A stretch of DNA of 56,160 bases from a virus (lineage: Duplodnaviria > Caudoviricetes). The DNA is taken from the IMG/VR virus record IMGVR_UViG_3300032247_000812, positions 1 to 56,160 of that record, one strand, 5' to 3'. The notes under the pieces are model-generated. The model made no database searches, was not told where the DNA came from, and saw only the letters and a list, made by a program, of their open reading frames with translations. Below are positions 7,720 through 15,610 of this stretch, one piece after another (the stretch's first letter is position 1; every line of letters begins with the position of its first letter). The position numbers and the translations under genes are program-made.

Positions 7720-8336
7720 TGAAACATGAATTAGATAAATTGTTGTGCGAGAAGTATCCAAAGATGATGGTCAACCGTAACAAGGACATGACTGAAACTT
7801 GCATGTGTTGGGGCTTTGAGGTCGGTGATGGTTGGTTCAATATTATTAATCAACTCATGGGGAATATTCAACATCATATTGATTGGAAACGTAAGCAACG
7901 GATGAGTGCATTGCTATACAATCGTGCATTGAAACAAGCATTAAAAGGTAACAAATCTGCATTAATTCGTTACTATACATATAGTTCAGTACCCACAGAT
8001 GGTACTTATAAAAGTGTTGAAGAAGCCATTGAAAAAGCAAAGTTTCGTGATATTCCCGACACAATACCTCAAGTTACGTTAGACCAAGTTAAAGAAAAGT
8101 TTGGCACATTACGTTTTTACTACAGTGGTGGAGATGACTACATCAGCGGTATGGTAGCTATGGCAGAAAGCATGAGTGGTGTTATGTGTGAAGAATGTGG
8201 AAATCCTGCTGAAAGCAAAGGCGGTAGTTGGATACGTACAATATGTGATCCATGTGAAGAATTGCGTGAAAAGGCACACGCATTGCGTATGGCTGAATAT
8301 GAATTATCTAAAACTGTACGAAGGGTAGATGTATGA
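7719..8336 (+). CDS. conserved phage hypothetical protein with C-terminal Zn-finger-like motif
   Basis: GDGWF, QVKEKFGTLRFY, CEECG...ICDPC. Confidence 0.8.
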   Translation: MKHELDKLLCEKYPKMMVNRNKDMTETCMCWGFEVGDGWFNIINQLMGNIQHHIDWKRKQRMSALLYNRALKQALKGNKSALIRYYTYSSVPTDGTYKSVEEAIEKAKFRDIPDTIPQVTLDQVKEKFGTLRFYYSGGDDYISGMVAMAESMSGVMCEECGNPAESKGGSWIRTICDPCEELREKAHALRMAEYELSKTVRRVDV

Positions 8337-8794
8337 AACATACTGTAAAATTAGAAGAAGATCCTGAATCAGGTGACTTGATTATGCCTTTCCCTGAAGG
8401 CATGTTAGAAGAATTAGGTTGGAAAGAGGGTGATACCTTAGATTGGAAAGATAATAATGATGGTAGTTTTTCGTTAACTAAAAAGGAAGAAGTAATGTCA
8501 CAAGAAACTGAATGGGTACTAGTTGAAGCCCTATCACAATTCAAAGTAACTTATATGGTTGAAGTGCCCAAAGGTAAAGCTGAATGGGCATTGGATACTG
8601 TAACTATGGAAGATGCACAAGAGTTTAGTCAGGAGCATTTGCGTCCTACTGATATCATTCTTGGACATCGTGTGGTAACTAAAGAAGAGGCATTGAGATT
8701 GTGTGATGAACAAAATGAGTATAGTAGTACTTGGGACGAAGAAACTAAAATCAAAAACTTTTTTACAACATTGGAAGATATAAATGCTAGATAA
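8333..8794 (+). CDS. AbrB/MazE-like N-terminal DNA-binding domain protein
   Basis: GDLIMPFPEGMLEELGWKEGDTLDW swapped-hairpin signature plus C-terminal domain. Confidence 0.7.
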   Translation: MKHTVKLEEDPESGDLIMPFPEGMLEELGWKEGDTLDWKDNNDGSFSLTKKEEVMSQETEWVLVEALSQFKVTYMVEVPKGKAEWALDTVTMEDAQEFSQEHLRPTDIILGHRVVTKEEALRLCDEQNEYSSTWDEETKIKNFFTTLEDINAR

Positions 8795-9092
8795 TACAAA
8801 AACCGCAGATTGGACTGAAACAGAGTGGGATGCATTTACCACTTGGTTAAAGGGCATGTTGCATTCAGATAAAGTGGAAGTTACTTTTACCAAAGCCGAT
8901 GGTAGTGAACGGGTGATGAACTGCACATTGCAACCTGAACTGTTACCAAAGGTAGAGAAAAAAGAGTTGGCAGAAGACGCAAAGCCTAGAAAAGAAAATA
9001 CCACATCCATGCGGGTGTTTGATTTGGACCTACAGGAATGGCGCAGTTTCACTATCAAAAAGGTCAAAAAGATCCAGGTCACAATCGGTTGA
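8784..9092 (+). CDS. SH3 beta-barrel (WYL_2/DUF2693-like) protein
   Basis: VTFTKADGSERVMNCTL and VFDLDLQEWRSF. Confidence 0.8.
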   Translation: MLDNTKTADWTETEWDAFTTWLKGMLHSDKVEVTFTKADGSERVMNCTLQPELLPKVEKKELAEDAKPRKENTTSMRVFDLDLQEWRSFTIKKVKKIQVTIG

Positions 9093-9117
9093 CAATAAAC
9101 CCGTTCGGTGCTATAAT
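9089..9117 (+). promoter_or_regulatory. sigma70-type early promoter
   Basis: TTGACA-17 nt-TATAAT; TGA stop of the upstream gene lies inside the -35. Confidence 0.85.
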
Positions 9118-9123
9118 ACTTAC

Positions 9124-9276
9124 ATGAAAAAGCAAATCCTATCATTTACTATTAAACAGCCCAAAACTCGGGCCCATGTGGTGTTGTTTCAAAACAACAC
9201 TCCGTTTAAACCTAAGGTTGTAAAAGATAAGACTTTGTACAACCGTAAACCCAAACACCGTAAATCAGAGGAGTAA
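9124..9276 (+). CDS. ArfA-like basic peptide (50 aa)
   Basis: PFKPKVVKDKTLYNRKPKH resembles E. coli ArfA [23 protein letters not shown]. Confidence 0.6.
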   Translation: MKKQILSFTIKQPKTRAHVVLFQNNTPFKPKVVKDKTLYNRKPKHRKSEE

Positions 9277-9278
9277 GT

Positions 9279-9560
9279 ATGAAAGCAACTTGTCCAGTAT
9301 GCTCAGGTACCGGTCGTATGCCCGCCGGGGATTCAAAGTATAAAAATGTAATATCTGGATATAATCCAGATTCGGATACTTTTAATTGTAGTAATTGCGG
9401 TGGGCAATATATGTTTGGTCGACCCTCAGGTCAAGTAAAAACTCGGCCTGATGGAACTGCATGTACTCATACATATCAAAGTTCCAATGCCGGTCGATGC
9501 CTAACTAATTATGTGTGTGTGCATTGCGGTGATAGCTATCAGATTGATTCTGGTGATTAA
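9279..9560 (+). CDS. Cys-rich zinc-finger protein
   Basis: CPVCSGTG, CSNCGG, CTH, CVHCG; GGAG RBS. Confidence 0.8.
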   Translation: MKATCPVCSGTGRMPAGDSKYKNVISGYNPDSDTFNCSNCGGQYMFGRPSGQVKTRPDGTACTHTYQSSNAGRCLTNYVCVHCGDSYQIDSGD

Positions 9561-9577
9561 TTAATAAAGGAAACATT

Positions 9578-9817
9578 ATGACTCTAAAACAAAAAGCAAT
9601 TTTGCAAACAGTTGGTATTATATTTGGTATTATATTTGGATCAGTTTTGATTCAAACCTTAATATTCTTTCTTTCGGCCCAAACAATAGGTTATATATTA
9701 ACCGGGGCATTTATTATATTAATGGTTCGTTTAATCTATCAAATAGTCCTGGGTCGTTTGGAATCCCAAGAAACCTTGGATAATATTGCCGCTAAAATGG
9801 ACAAAACTGTTGCGTAA
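9578..9817 (+). CDS. small membrane protein
   Basis: Two hydrophobic helices; AAGGA RBS. Confidence 0.75.
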   Translation: MTLKQKAILQTVGIIFGIIFGSVLIQTLIFFLSAQTIGYILTGAFIILMVRLIYQIVLGRLESQETLDNIAAKMDKTVA

Positions 9818-9825
9818 AAACAACA
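9808..9825. promoter_or_regulatory. palindromic operator-like box TGTTG-N8-CAACA
   Basis: One of six copies (5401, 5468, 9808, 33547, 34769, 52130), all upstream of early promoters. Confidence 0.6.
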
Positions 9826-9846
9826 CCAAAAAATCTCTGAAAACGG

Positions 9847-9901
9847 TTGACAATAATTGGATTTGGCTATATAATAGAATCTTAGACAGTTAGATAAAGG
9901 A
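9847..9901 (+). repeat. early promoter-leader-RBS repeat, copy A
   Basis: TTGACA-17-TATAAT-AGAATCTTAGACAGTTAGATAAAGGA; near-identical to seven minus-strand copies. Confidence 0.9.
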
Positions 9902-9908
9902 CTACAAA

Positions 9909-10337
9909 ATGGCTTACATGAATCAAGAACGCAAAGCAAAAATCGCACAATCCCTCAAGCCCGTACTTGCAAAGTATGGCATCAAGGGTTCGCTGAGTGT
10001 CCGAAATCATTCTAGTATTGTGCTGACCCTCAAGTCCGGTAAAATCGATTTTATCGAAAACTACATCAAGACCGATGCTGATAGCAATATTGGTCGCAAG
10101 ATGGACCAAGGTCAGATTGACTATCTCCGCAAGAATCAAGCGATGGATGTAAACCCCTACTGGTTCAAGGAGCACTTTAGCGGTGCCGCTAAAAACTTTT
10201 TGACTGAGGCTATGCAGGCACTTAAGTCCGCTGATTGGTATGATGAATCGGATGCAATGACTGATTATTTCAATACGGCTTACTATGTTGATATTAACGT
10301 TGGTAAGTGGAACAAACCCTACGTACTAGAGGCTTAA
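9909..10337 (+). CDS. early protein with LPD29-like C-terminal motif
   Basis: WYDESDAMTDYFNTAYYV resembles the SD..TDYF motif of large-polyvalent-protein-associated domains. Confidence 0.65.
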   Translation: MAYMNQERKAKIAQSLKPVLAKYGIKGSLSVRNHSSIVLTLKSGKIDFIENYIKTDADSNIGRKMDQGQIDYLRKNQAMDVNPYWFKEHFSGAAKNFLTEAMQALKSADWYDESDAMTDYFNTAYYVDINVGKWNKPYVLEA

Positions 10338-10338
10338 T

Positions 10339-10578
10339 ATGAATCCTGATGAAACGAAATATCTTCGGTTCATTAGTTCAATGGACCAAGAGCAATTCGA
10401 AAATTGGTATGAACGGATTAGTAACGAAGAGGCCGATTACGCATTGAGTATCATGCAAAAAGCTAGGGCCGAAATTCGTACTAAGATGGCAGAAATTTTT
10501 GATGATGAAAGTGTAACTAAAAATTTATCTGCCGCTAAAGGTGTTCTTGGTAAATTTACATTAAATGGTGTACTATGA
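10339..10578 (+). CDS. hypothetical protein
   Basis: 79 aa, GAGG RBS, in operon. Confidence 0.75.
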   Translation: MNPDETKYLRFISSMDQEQFENWYERISNEEADYALSIMQKARAEIRTKMAEIFDDESVTKNLSAAKGVLGKFTLNGVL

Positions 10579-10730
10579 AAACATTTTGGGCTCTTGTTAA
10601 AACATCCACAAAACCCGGTGCCGGGTTTACTAGGGTTACTATTCAAGCGGACAATACTTACGCCGCTACCCAACTATTAAAAGGAATGTACGGTTCCTTG
10701 ATGTTGTCGGAATCTGCTAACCCAATTTAA
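10575..10730 (+). CDS. hypothetical protein (51 aa, below ORF-track cutoff)
   Basis: ATGA overlap; MKTFWALVKTS...MYGSLMLSESANPI. Confidence 0.65.
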   Translation: MKTFWALVKTSTKPGAGFTRVTIQADNTYAATQLLKGMYGSLMLSESANPI

Positions 10731-10752
10731 GAGATTTTGGTAATACAAATGG

Positions 10753-10781
10753 TTGACAATAATTCCGTTCTGTGTTATCAT
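10753..10781 (+). promoter_or_regulatory. sigma70-type promoter
   Basis: TTGACA-17 nt-TATCAT with TG extended -10 element. Confidence 0.75.
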
Positions 10782-10848
10782 TATAACAGTGCTGAGTGAT
10801 ATCGGCACATTTTTTAAACTTAGCTAAACTCTATAAAGGAAACTGAAA

Positions 10849-11229
10849 ATGGCTAATCAATTGTTCAAAGTCGCTGGTCTTACTACTCACAACGGTAATA
10901 CTAAGGTTCGTTTTACTGATGATATGGTTCGCCGTATCAAGCAGTTCACTAAAGGTGGTGCAAGTCGCATTGACTTGGTAGAATTGCCTAGTGAGATGAC
11001 TAAGGTTGAGGCTCTCAACTATTTGGCGAAGTGCCCTGAATTTCAATCAGCCGGTGACCAAGCAACTATTGCTGACACACTTGCTGACAAAACAAAGGAA
11101 GCAAGCAAGGGTACTGTAAAGGTTAAAGTAGCAAAGGCTAAACCTAGCATTGATGCTATCAAGGCTCGTACTAAAAAAGTAACTAAAGAAGTTACCGCTG
11201 AAGAAGTCCTGTCCGCAGTTCAAGAGTAA
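10849..11229 (+). CDS. hypothetical basic protein
   Basis: AAGGA RBS; biased codon use suggesting high expression; followed by terminator. Confidence 0.85.
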   Translation: MANQLFKVAGLTTHNGNTKVRFTDDMVRRIKQFTKGGASRIDLVELPSEMTKVEALNYLAKCPEFQSAGDQATIADTLADKTKEASKGTVKVKVAKAKPSIDAIKARTKKVTKEVTAEEVLSAVQE

Positions 11230-11233
11230 TTGC

Positions 11234-11258
11234 AACGGGGCTTAGGCCCCGTTTTCTT
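11234..11258 (+). terminator. rho-independent terminator
   Basis: AACGGGGC-TTAG-GCCCCGTT followed by TTCTT. Confidence 0.75.
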
Positions 11259-11271
11259 AAAGAAAGAATTT

Positions 11272-11523
11272 ATGCATTATACTAATCTTAATTCGATAGC
11301 AAATCAACGCAGGCTTTTTACTCCTTCAAATAAACAAGATTTGTTGGAATTGAAACACTTTATTCAACATGGTCGTTGGATCGGAAATTGTCCTTTTTAT
11401 CTTGAAGAATATTGGGATAATATTCCTACAATGTGCTTGCATAAGTATGCATTGTACATGCTAGTCTCGCTTGATAAGCCGACTAAGAAAAAACCTATCA
11501 GAAAAAAATTGGTAGTGTCCTAA
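11272..11523 (+). CDS. hypothetical protein
   Basis: ATG 11272; RRLFTPSNKQDL...CPFYLEEYW. Confidence 0.7.
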   Translation: MHYTNLNSIANQRRLFTPSNKQDLLELKHFIQHGRWIGNCPFYLEEYWDNIPTMCLHKYALYMLVSLDKPTKKKPIRKKLVVS

Positions 11524-11528
11524 AAAGT

Positions 11529-11552
11529 AAAAGCCCCGCAAGGGGCTTTTTT
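11529..11552. terminator. bidirectional terminator between convergent genes
   Basis: AAAAGCCCC-GCAA-GGGGCTTTTTT. Confidence 0.9.
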
Positions 11553-12397
11553 TATGGATTGTCAACTGATTTTATTACCCAATAATCTTCGCTCATACCG
11601 GGCTTGATAATATCGAAAGGCATGTAGAAATAACCTTTATCGCCCCAACTCGTTCCCCAACTGTTACGAACAATAAAAACTTTTTTGGTTTTATCGTATC
11701 CAACAAGTAACACCGCATGTCCACCTAATAGTTTTTCACGCTTTGTGTTTGGATAAGGCATCATGCCGGTCTTAGCAACATTCATTGACATAAAGCTATC
11801 ATACACATAGAAACCTATTACAACTGGATAACCATTTGACAAAGCATCAATACACCCATTGAAATCATCTACTCTTTCGTATCGTGTTACTTTGCGTTTT
11901 AATGCATCTGTTTTTGCTTCTGTAATTGGTTCTTTTTTATAGTTAGTAATGTCATATGGCCAGTACGATTCTAAACTTGCACCATACTTGTTGGTAGCTT
12001 TAATTCCATCTCGTATGTACGCCCCGCTATCATAGTTAACTGTACCAAGTAATAGTCGTTCATAATAATAAATGAACAATCTACTTACATCGGTTGGTTT
12101 ACCATTTCGTTTGTTTAGCAATTCAATTGCACCTGCAATAGATTGACCGGTACAGCTACCTAAATTACCTTGATTTTCAATAGGACTACAATAGCTTCTT
12201 AAGTCAACAATATTAGGAGTTTGTTTAGATGTTACTTGATACTTATAATCTCTGTTGTCTACTGTATCTGATTTCCACACTAATGAAAAAGTTTGTTCGT
12301 TTTGTTCAAGTATTTTAGGTATGACTTTTTTGGCAGCAGGTTTATTAAAAGTGTGATCCTGACTTGTATCTATAATTGTGCGCGGGTCTTGTTTCAT
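11552..12397 (-). CDS. papain-family (C1) cysteine peptidase
   Basis: NQGNLGSC, GGHAVLLVGYD, RNSWGTSWGDKGY. Confidence 0.95.
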   Translation of the reverse strand: MKQDPRTIIDTSQDHTFNKPAAKKVIPKILEQNEQTFSLVWKSDTVDNRDYKYQVTSKQTPNIVDLRSYCSPIENQGNLGSCTGQSIAGAIELLNKRNGKPTDVSRLFIYYYERLLLGTVNYDSGAYIRDGIKATNKYGASLESYWPYDITNYKKEPITEAKTDALKRKVTRYERVDDFNGCIDALSNGYPVVIGFYVYDSFMSMNVAKTGMMPYPNTKREKLLGGHAVLLVGYDKTKKVFIVRNSWGTSWGDKGYFYMPFDIIKPGMSEDYWVIKSVDNP

Positions 12398-13074
12398 ATG
12401 TCTTTCCTTAAATCAAACAGAATAATCTCTGAGTTGTTTGGGTTAGTTATTGTGATGATTGACTCACCTTCATAACTTAATCCATCACCTTCAATCAAAT
12501 ATCTACCATTTACATTTGCTGTTCCTGACACAACATACAAATAGTATTTTCGCAAAGTGTCCAGGTTGTATGTGTAATCACTAGTAAAGATACCTGCAAG
12601 TAGTTTAGCGTCTTGTTTGATTGGTAACTTCTCTGTGATGTTACAGAATGTATTTAGTTTATCTTCACGGGTAAACTGATGCCAATCATGTCTAGGTTCT
12701 GTGTCAAATTCGTTAGGACGAATCCATAACTGTAAGTAACGATTGGGTGTGTTACTTGTGTTGCCTTCAGTATGACTGATGCCACGACCACTGCTCATTC
12801 GTTGTACAGCGCCAGCTGGTACTTCAACATCATTGCCTAAGCTGTCAACATGATGGCTACTACCTTCAACTACATAGCCAAAGATTTCCATGTTCTTATG
12901 TTCATGCCAAGGTACTTGCCAAGCATATTGAACACGGTCATCATTGATTGTTTGAAGGTCGCTATAGTTCATATAGCGACTGTCATAATAACTAGGGAAA
13001 CTAAAAGTCCTGTAACTGTTTATAAAATCTGCACGAGGATTGCCCCTTGTATTTGCAGGACGATGTATTATCAT
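12394..13074 (-). CDS. pirin family protein (YhhW-like)
   Basis: TFSF..YYD, INDDRV, HEHKNMEI, HVDSLGN, QRMSSGRGISHTEGN, LQLWI. Confidence 0.93.
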   Translation of the reverse strand: MIIHRPANTRGNPRADFINSYRTFSFPSYYDSRYMNYSDLQTINDDRVQYAWQVPWHEHKNMEIFGYVVEGSSHHVDSLGNDVEVPAGAVQRMSSGRGISHTEGNTSNTPNRYLQLWIRPNEFDTEPRHDWHQFTREDKLNTFCNITEKLPIKQDAKLLAGIFTSDYTYNLDTLRKYYLYVVSGTANVNGRYLIEGDGLSYEGESIITITNPNNSEIILFDLRKDI

Positions 13075-13773
13075 TTACAATGCTATAAATCCTGCTGGGA
13101 TTGAGTATGTGAACAGAGACACTTCCATAGCGTCAATGAAATTGTAGGCACCTGGATTCACTGCAGGATACATTGCCGTTCCACTTCCTGCTGTTCCGGT
13201 GCCATTTATTAACAAGCTGACACCGTTGGTGCCGATTGCTGGATCGGCTAATGGATTACCATTCCAAAGACCGCCGTTTACTCGCACCCAGAAAAGGCCT
13301 GTGTCAAGATTAACAGCCATATCTAAATAATCGCCGGGGCCATATGTTGGTAATCCTGATGTGTATGCTGAGCCAGCGTAATGGGCTTCGCCATTCTGGC
13401 ACCAGCCTACTCCATATCCACTAACATCATCGCCCAAGGCACTATTCAAATCAACATATTGATAGGCAAAACCTATGTGTGCCAGATTCAACGGAACATC
13501 TGCCGGGTCTTCTGTGGTGACTTGTACAGTATACATTATCTTAGCGCCATAATCATACAGACTACCACTACCATCCATTAATCCCAATGACAAGCTAGTT
13601 TCTGGATTGTTAGCTTCTACTCCACGGTTGGAGTTATATAGACTCAAGTTAGATCCTGTGTAACTAGGATCAAATGACCAGATACCTTGAGTTGGTGTAG
13701 TTGGTCCTCCGCTGTCACCTATAGTTACACCTTGCTCTATACGAACATCACCTGTTATTGTTATTCCACTCAT
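13075..13773 (-). CDS. putative virion protein with SPRY/concanavalin-like domain
   Basis: Gly/Thr-rich; GDYLDMAVNLDTGLFWVRVNGGLWN SPRY-like segment. Confidence 0.7.
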   Translation of the reverse strand: MSGITITGDVRIEQGVTIGDSGGPTTPTQGIWSFDPSYTGSNLSLYNSNRGVEANNPETSLSLGLMDGSGSLYDYGAKIMYTVQVTTEDPADVPLNLAHIGFAYQYVDLNSALGDDVSGYGVGWCQNGEAHYAGSAYTSGLPTYGPGDYLDMAVNLDTGLFWVRVNGGLWNGNPLADPAIGTNGVSLLINGTGTAGSGTAMYPAVNPGAYNFIDAMEVSLFTYSIPAGFIAL

Positions 13774-13792
13774 ATATTATCCTTATTAGTTT

Positions 13793-14356
13793 TTAGCACC
13801 ATTGATTTGTGTTAACGATATTTGGTGTAATTATTGTAAATGTAGCAGGTAAGTTCCAAGTTCCTGCTAATGTGTAAATAGGACCGTTGTAGTAATTAGT
13901 TCCAGAAGTTTGCCAGATAGGATTACTAGTATCAACCACGCCCATAAACAAAAATTGGTCAGCGGGGCCGTCCCAAAAACGCATAATAACCACACCAGAT
14001 GCAAGTGTGCTACCGGCTCCCCAGTTGACATTAAACATATACGCATCGTTATTAGTATTCAATCCATTACTAGCCCAGTACGCACGAATCTCATCAAGTT
14101 TAGCAGGACTACCGCCGTTGCCAGGAGTTAATTCAGGAGACCAATATGCTTCACCTGGGCCACCTTGTCCAGTAGTGGTAAATCCTGTATTACCGTTAGG
14201 AGTTATATAGGTTCCATTATAAGGGGCAATAGTAAAGTCTGTTGAACTTAATGAGAATGAAGTTGTTGGTGTTGCACCCAACCCAATGCCAGCACCAAAA
14301 CTAATGCCTGCTCCTACTTGTATTCCGCTTGGGGGAACTCCGAATGGTAAACTCAT
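13793..14356 (-). CDS. putative virion protein, C-terminal WC domain
   Basis: GIQVGAGISFGAGIGLG N-terminus; homologous to C-terminal part of 14376-15566. Confidence 0.7.
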   Translation of the reverse strand: MSLPFGVPPSGIQVGAGISFGAGIGLGATPTTSFSLSSTDFTIAPYNGTYITPNGNTGFTTTGQGGPGEAYWSPELTPGNGGSPAKLDEIRAYWASNGLNTNNDAYMFNVNWGAGSTLASGVVIMRFWDGPADQFLFMGVVDTSNPIWQTSGTNYYNGPIYTLAGTWNLPATFTIITPNIVNTNQWC

Positions 14357-14375
14357 TTTTTATCCTTAATTATTT

Positions 14376-15566
14376 TTAACACCAACTTCCAGAGCCACCT
14401 AGTGTCGTTGTTGGTATATACGGTGTCAATGTTACAGGTAATGTAAACACTCCTTGCAATGCAGGAACTTGGTCTGTCGGAGTAATCTGCCAATCTTGGA
14501 ATGAGGTGTCTATAGGCACAATAAATATCTGCTGAGTGCCACCATTGGGGTTCAATTTCATTCTTACCACACCCGTACCGCCTGTAGCCCAAGTTGCATT
14601 CCAAGCATATGAATATGTGTTATAATCATACCCGGCATTAGTCCAGTTCGCTACCCACTGTGCCAACACACCAGCAGATGCCGAACCAAATTCTATAGCA
14701 CAAGCTATGCTACCGTCAGCATAAGGAGGTCCCGAGAATCCTACATTAATATCCCAAGATCCTGAACCTGAATAAACTCCTAAACCGCCAAAGATACCGG
14801 GACTTGCAATATCTGACAACTTTATAACAAAAGATGACAACTGACTACCATATGGATTTGTTGTGCTTGTTGTTACTGTATTAACATTTGTAACTGTGAA
14901 TGCATTTGCTGAAGTATCATCAAAGTAATTAGGAGCAACTGTATTCAACAACAATTGACATTGTGTTCCAGTAATTGCTGAAATATTTGTACCAGAACCT
15001 TGTGTAGTTGCTAATGGCGCAGATGGAACTACAAAACTACCAGTATAAACTGCTACGCCTTTTGTCACACGCAGATTTGAAACATTTCCTCTGAAAGGAT
15101 CACTGCCAGCTGGAGTATAGCATCCAATTTGAGTTGTTGCTAGCGATCCTACTAAACCACTAACACCGGCACTGCCTTGAAACCCACCATTAACAAAAAG
15201 TGATATTGAACCAGAACCGTCGTAGACCATAGCCACATGATACCAATTATTTATTGGAAAACCAGCTTGTGAATTTATTTGAAATCCAACACCTGATTGG
15301 TCTACGCTAAATGTATTACCACCGTATACCAGTCCCAAAAACCCACTAGTATTTTGCATGTAAATATACCCTTGTGTACCGTTTGTGGGATACACATAGC
15401 ATTCTACTGCCCAAGCACCGTTATTTTGGTCAAACGCACTATTATTGGGTACTCTGAGCCAATTACCACCATTAAACACTACGCTTCCACTTACTATTGG
15501 TGCTGAACCCCCTCCGATATTAATACTTCCACCTATTTCTATTCCACCTTCGATTGTAATTGCCAT
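14376..15566 (-). CDS. putative virion protein with LamG/concanavalin-like domain
   Basis: NNWYHVAMVYDG...LFVNG, FRGNVSNLRVTKGVAVYT typical of phage LamG proteins. Confidence 0.8.
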   Translation of the reverse strand: MAITIEGGIEIGGSINIGGGSAPIVSGSVVFNGGNWLRVPNNSAFDQNNGAWAVECYVYPTNGTQGYIYMQNTSGFLGLVYGGNTFSVDQSGVGFQINSQAGFPINNWYHVAMVYDGSGSISLFVNGGFQGSAGVSGLVGSLATTQIGCYTPAGSDPFRGNVSNLRVTKGVAVYTGSFVVPSAPLATTQGSGTNISAITGTQCQLLLNTVAPNYFDDTSANAFTVTNVNTVTTSTTNPYGSQLSSFVIKLSDIASPGIFGGLGVYSGSGSWDINVGFSGPPYADGSIACAIEFGSASAGVLAQWVANWTNAGYDYNTYSYAWNATWATGGTGVVRMKLNPNGGTQQIFIVPIDTSFQDWQITPTDQVPALQGVFTLPVTLTPYIPTTTLGGSGSWC

Positions 15567-15610
15567 TTTATTAATCCTCTGCTATATTTATGTTAACTTA
15601 CAATCAACTT

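Noticed and set aside
8534-9145. 203-aa minus-strand ORF and the other short antisense ORFs in the track
   Set aside because: Overlap well-supported opposite-strand genes; no RBS or recognisable motifs
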